Positions 1-10,015 of a stretch of 64,000 bases of DNA are shown here, piece after piece. Location of the stretch: the IMG/VR virus record IMGVR_UViG_3300021226_000189; one strand, given 5' to 3'. The DNA comes from a virus. The stretch's first letter is position 1; every line of letters begins with the position of its first letter. The translations under genes and the position numbers were made by a program. The notes beneath the pieces are model-generated. The model had not been told where the DNA came from. It searched no databases and was given only the letters and a program-made list of their open reading frames with translations.

Positions 1-165
1 TTTTAATTTATTAGCGTAGACTTCATCTTGTTGTTCGAGAGCAGCTTCAACAGCAAGATCAATTTTAGCTTCTAAAGCTTCTTGAATAGCTACAACTGAC
101 TCGTCGGTAAGACCAAGACTTTTTTGAACATCTTCAGAGAAAAGTTTCTGTTTGTTTTTCTTCAT
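1..165 (-). CDS. gp22: Prohead core scaffold protein (T4 gp22-like), N-terminal part; runs off the window edge
   Basis: Manual translation MKKNKQKLFSEDVQKSLGLTDESVVAIQEALEAKIDLAVEAALEQQDEVYANKLK. Helical and acidic, TAAATA at 171-176, downstream of gp21 as in T4-like head operons. Confidence 0.7.
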   Translation of the reverse strand, partial: MKKNKQKLFSEDVQKSLGLTDESVVAIQEALEAKIDLAVEAALEQQDEVYANKLK

Positions 166-202
166 AATATTATTTAGAGATTTGATATATTTTTTTTATG
201 AT

Positions 203-736
203 TTAGAACAAAGGTTTTTCAATTTCTTGGGAAATTTTTTGTTGAAGCTTCTGATTAATAACATCTTTAAGATGTTTGTGAGCTTCGGCGTGATTTTCAG
301 CCATGATAGCTTCGACAAATTTGAGAATTGAAACGGACTCTTTGACACAATTATTGACCATCTTATCGCCTTTCTTTTTCATACCCTTTTTCTCGTAGCC
401 TTTCCAACAAGCTTTTTTCTCTTCATCTTCTTCTACAGGTTTTTTACGTTCGTAAGAACCTTTACCTTTTTTCGGTTTTTCAACTTTAGTTGGTGGGGCG
501 AAATGCCTACGTTCTTTCACTTTAGGTCCTTCAAAAACAGCTTTACCACCTCCCTGTTTCATTTTTTTAGTCACGGATTGTTCGTCTTCTTCTTCGGTCT
601 TGAGAAATTTTTTAATTTCTTTTTTCGGCATTTCTTTGGCTACTTTTTTAGCTTCACCAGAAACACCTTTCTGACCTTTCTTGGCTCCCATTACTGCACC
701 GAAGAATTTTTTTTGTTTTTCTGTTTTAGATGGCAT
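203..736 (-). CDS. Prohead core / internal head protein (gp67/68-like C-terminus) with DUF3008-like, ArfA-like and CWKGY basic modules
   Basis: Lies between gp21 and gp22. C-terminus FVEAIMAENHAEAHKHLKDVINQKL resembles T4-like prohead core proteins. Lys-rich blocks are separated by acidic linkers. Confidence 0.55.
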   Translation of the reverse strand: MPSKTEKQKKFFGAVMGAKKGQKGVSGEAKKVAKEMPKKEIKKFLKTEEEDEQSVTKKMKQGGGKAVFEGPKVKERRHFAPPTKVEKPKKGKGSYERKKPVEEDEEKKACWKGYEKKGMKKKGDKMVNNCVKESVSILKFVEAIMAENHAEAHKHLKDVINQKLQQKISQEIEKPLF

Positions 737-744
737 ATTATTAT

Positions 745-1410
745 TTAGATACTATTGATAAATTTTATGATTTGTTGACGAAGATAAGATTCAACATCAT
801 GTTTCGGAAGAGTTTTAATCGTCTTTTCAAAATTCTCATAAACTTCTTCGAATGAACCGTCTTGTTCTACGACATAAGTTTTACTTTCTAAAATACCATT
901 GACAAAAGCTTTTGGATAAGATGGATCGGCAACAGCGTCGATAGCCACTAAATGCATATTTTGAACCAAATTATAATCACGGTTTTCCATCAATTGACCA
1001 AGCGCACGGGTGGACATACCAACCTTAACACCATCATTAATGAGCGCACGGAGGATCTGCCCAGTAGGAGTTGATAAAACTTTAGCTTTCCCTACGAAAT
1101 AATCATCGACTTCATGTAATTCTGTGACCAAGTGACACGCTCTTTCGAGATTCACATCAGCACTTGTGGGGTGATTCAATTCGCCCATCGCTCTACCTGG
1201 AAGCACCATCTCATTAATGTATCTTTGAACTTCTGATCTGGTATCATCAAGTCGATACATTCTTTTATTTTTATTAACAGTATTACATCCGATAAAAGGA
1301 CCTTTAACATAAAGGTTGGATGAACTGTTTCGATTAGATTGCTCTTCAATAACTTCAAAGTTATCAAACACGTCAGGATTCTCTGCGATTAATTTAAGTT
1401 TCAACGCCAT
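745..1410 (-). CDS. gp21: Prohead protease (T4 gp21)
   Basis: Motifs LYVKGPFIG, NKNKRMY, GELNHP (catalytic His), STRALG (catalytic Ser), DAVADPS. Confidence 0.95.
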   Translation of the reverse strand: MALKLKLIAENPDVFDNFEVIEEQSNRNSSSNLYVKGPFIGCNTVNKNKRMYRLDDTRSEVQRYINEMVLPGRAMGELNHPTSADVNLERACHLVTELHEVDDYFVGKAKVLSTPTGQILRALINDGVKVGMSTRALGQLMENRDYNLVQNMHLVAIDAVADPSYPKAFVNGILESKTYVVEQDGSFEEVYENFEKTIKTLPKHDVESYLRQQIIKFINSI

Positions 1411-1443
1411 GATATTATTTATGTTTAATGGATAGTATTTCTA

Positions 1444-1908
1444 TCAATTTAATTCTTTTTCCGTGATAATTATGAATTCCATTTCATATTTCTTTGCGAA
1501 TTCTTTAGCAAATTTCCATTTATCACAATTATTTCTCCAAGCCACTTGTTCGTATAGTAAATTAGATTTTTTCTTACCTTTCGTAGCTTTTGGTTCTTGG
1601 GTTTGTTTCCATGGTTTAACTTCTATGAGATATTTTTTAATTTTGTCACCTTCTTTTATTTTTACATAAGCATCAATAAAATATTTTCTATTTTTCTTTT
1701 GAACGGTGTCAAAATATGGAATCGAAACTTCCTCACTATTCCATTCGAGAACATTAGGATTATTATCAGCCCATCGAAACAATTTTAATTCTAAACCAGA
1801 ACGATATATAATATTATCCAATTTACCAATATACTTTTGAGGATTTTTGGGAGAATAAAATCCTTGATAAAATTTACTATTACGTTTTGATAAACCTAGA
1901 TTGCCCAT
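1444..1908 (-). CDS. gp4: Head completion protein (T4 gp4, TnsA-like nuclease fold)
   Basis: Motifs YQGFYSPKNPQKYIG, IYRSGLE, WNSEE, YFIDAY, LIEVKP, FIIITEKEL. Confidence 0.9.
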   Translation of the reverse strand: MGNLGLSKRNSKFYQGFYSPKNPQKYIGKLDNIIYRSGLELKLFRWADNNPNVLEWNSEEVSIPYFDTVQKKNRKYFIDAYVKIKEGDKIKKYLIEVKPWKQTQEPKATKGKKKSNLLYEQVAWRNNCDKWKFAKEFAKKYEMEFIIITEKELN

Positions 1909-2282
1909 TAAGCTATATCATCATCAGGTTCTTCAACAATCACTTCAGGCTCAGGCTCTACTACAACCGATGGATCAGAATAGCTAAATGTTCGAGCATC
2001 GCTGTCATATGAATAACCTTCTGGCATAGTTACATATACTCGGTCAGCTAGACCTGCTGCACTTGCTCGATCATTCAAAACAATTCCTAGCATGGTATTG
2101 CTATGAAATCTTTCAAGAGCAAGATCAACATCTTCATTGAGACTATCAACGATCAATTGTGGTTCACGATTCCAAAAATCACGATATGCTTCATTCATTG
2201 TTAGCATAAGGTGACGTACTGCTTTGAGTACTTTAAGTGAGTACTCTCTATTTTGTTCTTTATAGGTTAGTGGTTCTATCAT
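1908..2282 (-). CDS. Hypothetical protein downstream of the fibre genes (possible fibre assembly factor)
   Basis: ORF track gives 1908..2327. ATG at 2282 (MIEPLTY) removes the overlap with the upstream gene. Confidence 0.5.
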   Translation of the reverse strand: MIEPLTYKEQNREYSLKVLKAVRHLMLTMNEAYRDFWNREPQLIVDSLNEDVDLALERFHSNTMLGIVLNDRASAAGLADRVYVTMPEGYSYDSDARTFSYSDPSVVVEPEPEVIVEEPDDDIA

Positions 2283-2293
2283 AAGGTTATATA

Positions 2294-3700
2294 TTATCGT
2301 TGAATTTCTTGGCGAATTGCGACCCAATCAACATAACACGTTTTAGACACAGCTTCCAATGTTAGAATGCCAACATAAGGCGTTGTTGAGCTCCATCCAA
2401 GTGCAGAATATGCGGTGTGTGTAAATACTTGATTTACCAATGTTGTCCATGTAGAGCTATTCCACGGGGAGCTAGAAAAATAAACCTCAGTTTGAGTTGT
2501 TGAGAGTGGCCTGAAAAATAATCTATAACGTGTTCCGGATGCAAAATTCCCAGTTGAAAAAGTTAGTCCAGACACCAAAACTATAGCAGATTGACCGTTC
2601 CTTAAAAGTTCGATAGATCCATTTGAAAAATTAACTCTTAAATCTAAATTTGTCCCACCACCAGCAAATGACATATAATAGATAGCCTGACTTGTGCTAT
2701 CAACACAAAAGCAGGACTGAATACTCATTCCATAGGGTGACGCTGTTTGGCCGTTGTATGTGGATAAGCGTAATAAGTTCACAGCATTGATTGTATTTGC
2801 TGTTGTATTACTAATTACTCCCCATGCTCTATAGCTTGCAGAATCACTTGAAGCAGTATATACAGAGTTTGTAGCTCCAGTACCAGCAGTTCGTTCAAAT
2901 GTCCACCCATGAGTTCCGATAGTTGCAGTAGCGCCAAGATTTCCAAATGTAGGGAAGTCTTCAAAGATCTCAGCAAATGGGACTAATCCATCTTTATATA
3001 CAAAGCGGTTGCTCATGCTATTTAGCAATGCTTCTCTTGCTCCAGCTCCATAAGTGTAATTTGTGGCATTTAATGTAAGTGATGTAGCAATAGTTGGACT
3101 TGTGATAGTAGGCGATGTTCCAAATACTAAACTACCACTACCAGTTTCATCGCTAACAGCAGCAGCAAGAGTCGCACTCGTAAAGCTCGCAGGATGACTG
3201 CTAAACACGTCACCCCAGCTTGTGCCATTGTAAAAGCTCAACTCAAATGCATCAGAAGAATAAACTACTAAACCAGCAGCAGGTGATGCTATAGCATTTC
3301 GTTGAGCGATTGTCATTACTGGAGGTAAAAACCCTAGAGTTGTGCTATTAATTTGAAAAATAGCACTAGCATTACGTGTTGTTCCTCCGATTGTTACACC
3401 ACCACCACTTGGTTGTAAATCAACATTGCTCGTAGTTCTTGTGGCATTTGACGTTCCTTGAATAGTAATACTACCATTTGAAGATGTACTACCGTTAACT
3501 GTAGCAATTGTTGGTGTAGTTAGTGTAGGTGATGTAGCAAACACCAAACTTCCACTACCAGTTTCATCTGCAATAGTAGTAGCTAAATTTGCACTCGTTG
3601 CACTGCTTAGAAATGTCTGCATTGAACTCGTCACATTCAGCTTTGCTGGTGCGATAGTGTTGTTAGCAATTACATTGTTTTTTACTTGTGTGACTGGCAT
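2294..3700 (-). CDS. Fibre / virion structural protein A
   Basis: T/S/G-rich, two DETGSGSLVF(A/G)TSPT repeats, beta-rich C-terminal domain, TAAATA at 3706-3711. Confidence 0.75.
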   Translation of the reverse strand: MPVTQVKNNVIANNTIAPAKLNVTSSMQTFLSSATSANLATTIADETGSGSLVFATSPTLTTPTIATVNGSTSSNGSITIQGTSNATRTTSNVDLQPSGGGVTIGGTTRNASAIFQINSTTLGFLPPVMTIAQRNAIASPAAGLVVYSSDAFELSFYNGTSWGDVFSSHPASFTSATLAAAVSDETGSGSLVFGTSPTITSPTIATSLTLNATNYTYGAGAREALLNSMSNRFVYKDGLVPFAEIFEDFPTFGNLGATATIGTHGWTFERTAGTGATNSVYTASSDSASYRAWGVISNTTANTINAVNLLRLSTYNGQTASPYGMSIQSCFCVDSTSQAIYYMSFAGGGTNLDLRVNFSNGSIELLRNGQSAIVLVSGLTFSTGNFASGTRYRLFFRPLSTTQTEVYFSSSPWNSSTWTTLVNQVFTHTAYSALGWSSTTPYVGILTLEAVSKTCYVDWVAIRQEIQR

Positions 3701-3742
3701 AAAATTATTTAAGTTGGTATAATTTGTTGTAGTAGGGACATA

Positions 3743-5029
3743 TTAGTCTAAGATTGTGTTTTCCATGTACGCTCCCTTTAAAAGTGTCACTGTGCTCGTT
3801 GAAGTATTGGTTGCATTGTTAATAAATAATCTCAATACACCGCTCGTTGAAGGCTTTATGATTCCTATGTATTCGGCTGTCTGAGTTGATGTTCCAGTTG
3901 AATTAAATACACCAAAACTCTGATATGGAGAAGATTGCAATACAAAACTTTCTGTTTCAAACCCGGGCCTTTTGTAAAGCATTGATGAATCTGCCGCCGT
4001 TAAATTAAATGTTCCTAGTAATTGCCCACCGTGAGTAGATCCCGTGGTTCCAGTTATCTTAAACAAGCAATACAATCTATTTATTTTTCCTCCGACAACT
4101 GGTATTTCAAATCCTGTTGGGTTGAGTGATGCGCTACCAGTAGTAGTTGCATCAGATGTCAATACTGCACGCCAAAATGAATTTTCAACTAAAACTTGTC
4201 CTGTTCTTGTAACACCGTTATTTGAAACTGATGTTGTTCCTGTGATTGTTGGACTAGTCAAAGTCGCGTCATTGATCGTTGGCGTAGTTAAAGTAACACT
4301 AGTAGCAATCTTAGCACTCGTTACACTACCATCACTAGGCACAACCTGTCCCGCCACTAAAGCATTACTGGGACTAATCACAACAGCTTTAGCACCACTA
4401 GCAAGCGGATCTGTAAAAGTAATAGTTCCATTATTAACACTATAGTCAACAACAGGTTCTTGTAATACACCATCAATAGCAACAATCAATGCACTTGGGT
4501 TAATAAGATTTGTTGCTCCACTAATTGAGAAAGCACTTAATACACCATTACCTGTTAAAGTCGTACGAACAGGATCAACAACCGTTGCCGCCGATAGCCC
4601 ATTAATTGTTACTGATCCTGTGACAGCGAGTGTACCAGTAACATTAGCACCTTGAAAAGTTGGATTTGTATTAAACACCAAAGTACCACTACCAGTTTCA
4701 TCAGTTATTGCAGCTAATAAATTTGCTGAAGTTGGCGTTGCTAAAAAGGTTGCTACGTTTGTACCTAAACCTGAGACACCTGTTGATATTGGCAAACCAA
4801 CACAGTTTGTTAGTGTGCCGCTTGTTGGTGTGCCTAAAGCTGGGGTTGTAAAAGATGGTGATGTACTAAAAACAAGATTGCCAGATCCAGTTGTTCCAGC
4901 TACGGCTGATGCTAAATTTGCAGAGGTTGCATTGCCAAGAAATGTCTTCATACTCGATGCGACATTTAATTTAGCTGGAGCAATTGTATTGTCCAAAACT
5001 ACATCATTTGATATTTGGGTAATTGCCAT
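3743..5029 (-). CDS. Fibre / virion structural protein B
   Basis: N-terminus paralogous to protein A. Contains DETGSGTLVF repeat and a 92-aa VDPVRTT...SAKIA module. TAAATA at 5036-5041. Confidence 0.75.
   Translation of the reverse strand: MAITQISNDVVLDNTIAPAKLNVASSMKTFLGNATSANLASAVAGTTGSGNLVFSTSPSFTTPALGTPTSGTLTNCVGLPISTGVSGLGTNVATFLATPTSANLLAAITDETGSGTLVFNTNPTFQGANVTGTLAVTGSVTINGLSAATVVDPVRTTLTGNGVLSAFSISGATNLINPSALIVAIDGVLQEPVVDYSVNNGTITFTDPLASGAKAVVISPSNALVAGQVVPSDGSVTSAKIATSVTLTTPTINDATLTSPTITGTTSVSNNGVTRTGQVLVENSFWRAVLTSDATTTGSASLNPTGFEIPVVGGKINRLYCLFKITGTTGSTHGGQLLGTFNLTAADSSMLYKRPGFETESFVLQSSPYQSFGVFNSTGTSTQTAEYIGIIKPSTSGVLRLFINNATNTSTSTVTLLKGAYMENTILD
4304..4579 (-). repeat. 276-bp duplicated fibre module, copy 1 (copy 2 at 5846-6121)
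   Basis: Both copies translate to VDPVRTTLTGNGVLS...LINPSALIVAIDGVLQEP...VVPSDGSVTSAKIA. Confidence 0.95.
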
Positions 5030-5047
5030 TATTAGTATTTATTTTGT

Positions 5048-8000
5048 TTAACGTTGAAATGTTGAATTCTCAAAAGAAACCCAATCAAACCATAGAGATC
5101 TAATTGCAGCAGTTCTACTTATTACGCGAGCATGAAAGCTATGTCTTAAAGCACTCCAATAATTTGGTGAATTTACTATTTCAGAAACAACTGTTATCCA
5201 ATTATTATTATTCCAATCTGCTTCTTGTATTACAAGATTAACGTTATTAGAATTAATACAAGTGAAATCAACAATATATCTTTTACCACTATTAAAATTT
5301 CCAGATTGAGGGGTATATTGTGTACTAAGAGTAGTATATGTACCACTATCGACAGTAGAACCATTTGCTCGAACGAATGTAAAGGCATTATTATCTTGTC
5401 CAGATCTATATGATAATCCAAAAACACCACTTGCTGCCCATCCTAATCCAATAATAATATCACTACTAATTGTATTATCTATCGCAAAACAAGCTCTAAA
5501 CCTACTACCTATAATAGACATTCCTCCAGCAGCCCTATGCCATAATGATCTCACATCTCCATTTGCCCCGGCAGTAGAAATCCTTTGAATGCCATAACAG
5601 AGAGGTGCCGCAGAACTATCATCAAGTAAACCAGTCCCGTTACCGCCAACACTTAATCCAGCAACCGAACCATCAAAATCGTTAAAGTATGCGACAACTG
5701 GGCGAGTACTAGCATTTCGAGAATTAACTTGTGCAACAAATTGTTCATTATTGAGCGAAAATGCTGTATTATTAATAGTACTACTTAAAGTACCATTATT
5801 AATGATTGGATTAGTTAAAACTGGCTCGCTAATACTAACACCACCTGCAATCTTAGCACTTGTTACACTACCATCACTTGGTACAACTTGACCTGCAATT
5901 AGTGAATTGCTCGGGCTAATAACAACTGCTTTTCTACCATTTGGTAATGGACTTGTAAAAGTGATTGTACCGTTATTAACAAGATAGTCAACACTTGGTT
6001 CCTGCAACACACCATCAATAGCAACAATCAACGCACTAGGATTAATTAAATTTGCTGCACCGTTAATTGCAAAGCTGCTTAACACTCCATTACCTGTTAA
6101 TGTTGTGCGAACAGGGTCAACTGGAGTCGCGACTGGCAATCCATTTGTAAAGATATTACCAGCGGAAATATTCTGCGAACTTACACTACCATTGATAGTA
6201 ACATTACCAGTTACATTAAAACCTGATAGTTCGTATTGCTTGATATCTACAACAGTAATGTTTGCAGAAAGAGCGTCGAGTTGAGTTGTATAGATGCGAT
6301 CTGCTGATAAAGCACTTAGTGTTAGTGTATTGGAATTTTCCCAGACACCCGCAGCACCATTATACTTCAAGACATCATTAGCAGATACGCTCGTGATTCT
6401 AACATTATGAAGTTCATCTATCTCATACCCATTATCAACCTTGACGAAAATTTTACCTTGGTTTGAATGAGCATAAACAACAAAGCCAACTACAACGGTA
6501 TGATTTGGTGCTTGTGGTTTAACCTTTGTTAATACACCCGGTGTTGTAGGTGATAGATAAAGTACATCACCATCCAGCCATGTCTCACCTTGAAGTGATC
6601 CAGTTGTGTTGATACCTCTAACTAACCCACTTGTTGTAACAAATCCTTCTTGATTGAGTGTAATATTCTCTGTTACAAGACCGATAGTATCAACGCTATT
6701 CGGGTCATTATTTGCTTGTGCTAATACAATAGCGAGACGTTGACCTTGAGCACCACCTTCCGCTGTAGAACGAATACGCACAACACGATACTGGGATTCA
6801 AGAAGATTAGCACCTGTTTTATTAACAACACGCGCTACTGTCTCTTGACCGATTTGGAGAGTTACATTGCCACCTTTGAGACCAAGATCGAGAGTTCCAT
6901 CTTGATCATTCCATGTTAGCTGACCTACTCCTGCTGTTAACCCTGCACCTGTATTGAAACCAATTCTATTCGCTGAAAGCAATCCAGTTACAGATACATC
7001 ACCTGTAACAGTTCCGCCAGAAAGTGGTAGATAATTAAGAGGGGGTAAACCGATATATTCATTAGCAGAAATAGTTCCCTTAACGATGAGATCACCATTT
7101 ATTGTCCCACCATCCTGATATTGCGTAGCGTTAGTTCCACCACCAGAAGCATAAACAGCTACATATTTTCTTAAATCTGTTTTATAATTTTCGAATTTGT
7201 CATGGATTTTTTTATTCCATTCTTTTTCGATGGAGTCCCAATCTTTAACGATTGGTTCGCCTTTTTTAGATTCCAAGATATACTCTACAGGTTTTTCATT
7301 TTTAATTTTACGAATTTCAGTGAGTAAATTTTCCCTACTTTCTTGTATCAAATTTTGAAAATAGCTACGAGCCTCATCAGTAATATCCAATGTTTCTTCT
7401 TTTATTAAAGATAATTTTTCATCGAAATACTGTGTTATTTCCTGCTCCGTGTCGGCGATTTTCTTTTCAAATTCTTCAGAAATTTTTTCAAATTCTCCAG
7501 AAATCTCTACGATTTTTTTATCAACATTCCCGACACGAGAAAGTGCTTTCTGAACTCCTTTATTCAAAGAATTATTGAGTTCGATATTAGCATCACGAAT
7601 CGCATCAATTTCCTTGTTGACATCTTCCAACAAGGAAGCGTCAGCTTTTTTATTCAGCTTATTATTTAAGTTTTTATCAATTTCTGAAACTTTCTCTACA
7701 ATCTCAAGAGCGATATCATTGAGTTCTTTATCCACTCTAGGGTTGATATTAGTTTCATATAATTCTTTGACTAATTTTTTTACTGATTTATCAATCAGTT
7801 TGGAAGAATTTTCGAAATTATTTTCAAGAGATTCTTTTAGATTATCAGCAATATCTTGAATTTTTAAATCTACGCTTTCACGGATTTCTTCAAATTTGTA
7901 ATCATTATCCGATATTAATTCTTTTCTAATTTTATTAGAAATGTTAGTAAATTCATTTACAAGTTTTTCTCTTGCAGATTCCAAATACTCTTTGAGAGCT

Positions 8001-8497
8001 TTTTCCTTCTTATTACTCTCATTTTTAATTTCCCGTATTTTTTTTAATTTATTATTTTCGAGAATTTTCAGAGAATTTTCAGTCGCTTCTCTTTTTATTT
8101 TATTGATTTCTTTGATGATCTGTTCTTTTTTATCATCTATAATTTCAACATTAGAACATTCTTCGATGATATTTTGAATCACTTCATCTTCCTGCTCATC
8201 CGCATTTTCAATTTTAGATTCAAAAATTTCGACTGGTTCGCTTTCAGAGTTGAAATAAATTTCTTGTTTTCCTTTCAGAAGTAAGAAAGGATACTGCGCT
8301 TTCGCGTCTCCATCTTCCACCAGAATAGAAACAATCGGATTTCCATTTTCTTCGGAAATCTTTTCAACTACATATTTATTTTCGTTTATCTGCACCTCAA
8401 AAACACCGAAAAAGACTTCTGAAAAATCTTTAACTTGTAAGATGTTTAGAGGAGAGTTAGACGAGGTGATTTTCACCTCTTCGCTAAACAGTCTCAT
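5048..8497 (-). CDS. Large structural protein: long E/K coiled-coil followed by fibre modules
   Basis: aa ~90-445 are E/K/I/L heptad-rich, then ASGGG linker and G/T-rich fibre repeats, with a second copy of the 92-aa module. TAAATA at 8504-8509. Confidence 0.75.
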   Translation of the reverse strand: MRLFSEEVKITSSNSPLNILQVKDFSEVFFGVFEVQINENKYVVEKISEENGNPIVSILVEDGDAKAQYPFLLLKGKQEIYFNSESEPVEIFESKIENADEQEDEVIQNIIEECSNVEIIDDKKEQIIKEINKIKREATENSLKILENNKLKKIREIKNESNKKEKALKEYLESAREKLVNEFTNISNKIRKELISDNDYKFEEIRESVDLKIQDIADNLKESLENNFENSSKLIDKSVKKLVKELYETNINPRVDKELNDIALEIVEKVSEIDKNLNNKLNKKADASLLEDVNKEIDAIRDANIELNNSLNKGVQKALSRVGNVDKKIVEISGEFEKISEEFEKKIADTEQEITQYFDEKLSLIKEETLDITDEARSYFQNLIQESRENLLTEIRKIKNEKPVEYILESKKGEPIVKDWDSIEKEWNKKIHDKFENYKTDLRKYVAVYASGGGTNATQYQDGGTINGDLIVKGTISANEYIGLPPLNYLPLSGGTVTGDVSVTGLLSANRIGFNTGAGLTAGVGQLTWNDQDGTLDLGLKGGNVTLQIGQETVARVVNKTGANLLESQYRVVRIRSTAEGGAQGQRLAIVLAQANNDPNSVDTIGLVTENITLNQEGFVTTSGLVRGINTTGSLQGETWLDGDVLYLSPTTPGVLTKVKPQAPNHTVVVGFVVYAHSNQGKIFVKVDNGYEIDELHNVRITSVSANDVLKYNGAAGVWENSNTLTLSALSADRIYTTQLDALSANITVVDIKQYELSGFNVTGNVTINGSVSSQNISAGNIFTNGLPVATPVDPVRTTLTGNGVLSSFAINGAANLINPSALIVAIDGVLQEPSVDYLVNNGTITFTSPLPNGRKAVVISPSNSLIAGQVVPSDGSVTSAKIAGGVSISEPVLTNPIINNGTLSSTINNTAFSLNNEQFVAQVNSRNASTRPVVAYFNDFDGSVAGLSVGGNGTGLLDDSSAAPLCYGIQRISTAGANGDVRSLWHRAAGGMSIIGSRFRACFAIDNTISSDIIIGLGWAASGVFGLSYRSGQDNNAFTFVRANGSTVDSGTYTTLSTQYTPQSGNFNSGKRYIVDFTCINSNNVNLVIQEADWNNNNWITVVSEIVNSPNYWSALRHSFHARVISRTAAIRSLWFDWVSFENSTFQR
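5846..6121 (-). repeat. 276-bp duplicated fibre module, copy 2
   Basis: Same length as and near-identical translation to 4304-4579. Confidence 0.95.
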
Positions 8498-8540
8498 CTT
8501 TATTATTTAGTGGGATAGTTAATATGTCAATTAGCAATGA

Positions 8541-9683
8541 TTAAAAAACAGACATAAGTGGCATATCGTAATCACCGTAACCACCATCGAATAACAATTC
8601 TTCTAGTTCTTTTTTCTCAGTTATACCTTCTTGTAGAACCGTAGAACCATCCATGCTTCCACCACCTGGTAGAGTGACTCCTGTGATTTTCGTTAAAACT
8701 CTACCCCACATTATTTTACAAATCGCGGTCGAGTATTCCAAGACCCATTTTTCTTTTATCAAATCTCTCAAAGGTCTTTCAACGTAACACGTTAACAAAC
8801 CATAGAAACGAGTATTTCTCGGTTGAGGGATCAAACGTAAATACTGAGTTCTTGGATCGAAATAAATATCCCTTCTCGTGGCAAATACTTTTTCTCGGGT
8901 GTCGATCCAATCTTTCACGGTATGCCAAGAAAGGATATCGAATCCATAGTTACCCAAACTATAAGCATGAAAGCTCTGTTGTGCCATGGTTTGTTCAACA
9001 GAAAATAAGGTATTGACACCAGTTGTCGAACCCTCTTCGAAAGAAATAACATCAACCACTTTGCGATAATCCATAACATCATAATCAAACATATTATTGA
9101 TAGTTTTCACATCATCTTGTGGTTCACATTGGATGGTGAAAGGTTTTTGATACGATTCTTTGAATAAAGATGTCAGTGTTTGGTCAAATGAAGTAATTAA
9201 ATCGTATGTAGCTTTATCAATAATTTGCATACTTTGAATACCCTCTTCAGGGATAACAGCACTTAAAGATGATGACGAATTGAAATATGTTTTAGGAATC
9301 GTTGAAAGTGATACAAATAATGAGTCAGGAAATTTAATTTCTGAATCTGGTTGTGGTCCTGTTCTTTTATTTTGAAGTTTTTCAGATGGAGTGTAACCAG
9401 AATTAGCGACAGTAAAAAGAGTATCCAGACGCACACCTTTATTTTTATCGTATATATCACTATTAAAAATCAAATATTCTTTCGTATAACCAGCATATTT
9501 TGTATAGAAATCAATAGCCATTGAAATAGCTTCATGTAATTGATCATAATGTAATTCCACGTTGATCATTGGATGACCCAATGTTCTCAAAATCCTTTCA
9601 CCTAAACGCTGATAGCACTCAATTTTAGAATTGAGATTTGTTGACATGAAAGCTGAAATTGGTTCGATTTGGCAAAGACTCAT
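8541..9683 (-). CDS. gp13: Neck protein (T4 gp13-like)
   Basis: Motifs RTLGHPMINVELHYDQLHEAI and WVLEYSTAICKIMWG...GVTLPGGGSMDG. Confidence 0.85.
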   Translation of the reverse strand: MSLCQIEPISAFMSTNLNSKIECYQRLGERILRTLGHPMINVELHYDQLHEAISMAIDFYTKYAGYTKEYLIFNSDIYDKNKGVRLDTLFTVANSGYTPSEKLQNKRTGPQPDSEIKFPDSLFVSLSTIPKTYFNSSSSLSAVIPEEGIQSMQIIDKATYDLITSFDQTLTSLFKESYQKPFTIQCEPQDDVKTINNMFDYDVMDYRKVVDVISFEEGSTTGVNTLFSVEQTMAQQSFHAYSLGNYGFDILSWHTVKDWIDTREKVFATRRDIYFDPRTQYLRLIPQPRNTRFYGLLTCYVERPLRDLIKEKWVLEYSTAICKIMWGRVLTKITGVTLPGGGSMDGSTVLQEGITEKKELEELLFDGGYGDYDMPLMSVF

Positions 9684-9688
9684 AATAC

Positions 9689-9705
9689 TATTTAATCGCT
9701 AAATA
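9689..9705. promoter_or_regulatory. Back-to-back divergent late promoters (TAAATA on each strand)
   Basis: tattta at 9689-9694 precedes gp13 (-); taaata at 9700-9705 precedes the ATG at 9711 (+). Confidence 0.75.
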
Positions 9706-9710
9706 ATAAT

Positions 9711-10007
9711 ATGTCATTTGAGTCTAATAACGGCACAGTCTATTACAAATTATCTTGCGGTGTTCCCACTGTTTCAGATTGGAATCCCAATAGTAATAAC
9801 GGTTCTAGATATTATTATCTTTCCGCAAATGATTTCATCCTTTGGGGGCAAAGCACTATATTTATTCAACCATCAGCCAATAATGGGACTCAATATTATT
9901 TCCCTGTTTGTGAAAAACCAACTGATACTGGGTGGTCTGCTTTGTCAAATAATGGAACTAAATTTTATTATAACTCTGCATTAAATTGTGTTAGCTTCTG
10001 TGAATAA
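9711..10007 (+). CDS. Small late protein with four NNG(T/S)x(Y/F)Y repeats
   Basis: Repeats SNNGTVYY, SNNGSRYY, ANNGTQYY, SNNGTKFY. Late promoter 5 nt upstream. Confidence 0.7.
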   Translation: MSFESNNGTVYYKLSCGVPTVSDWNPNSNNGSRYYYLSANDFILWGQSTIFIQPSANNGTQYYFPVCEKPTDTGWSALSNNGTKFYYNSALNCVSFCE

Positions 10008-10015
10008 ATAATACT

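Noticed and set aside
4304-6121. Template/variable repeat pair of a diversity-generating retroelement
   Set aside because: Both copies are in-frame coding modules, differences are not adenine-specific, and no reverse transcriptase is in the window.
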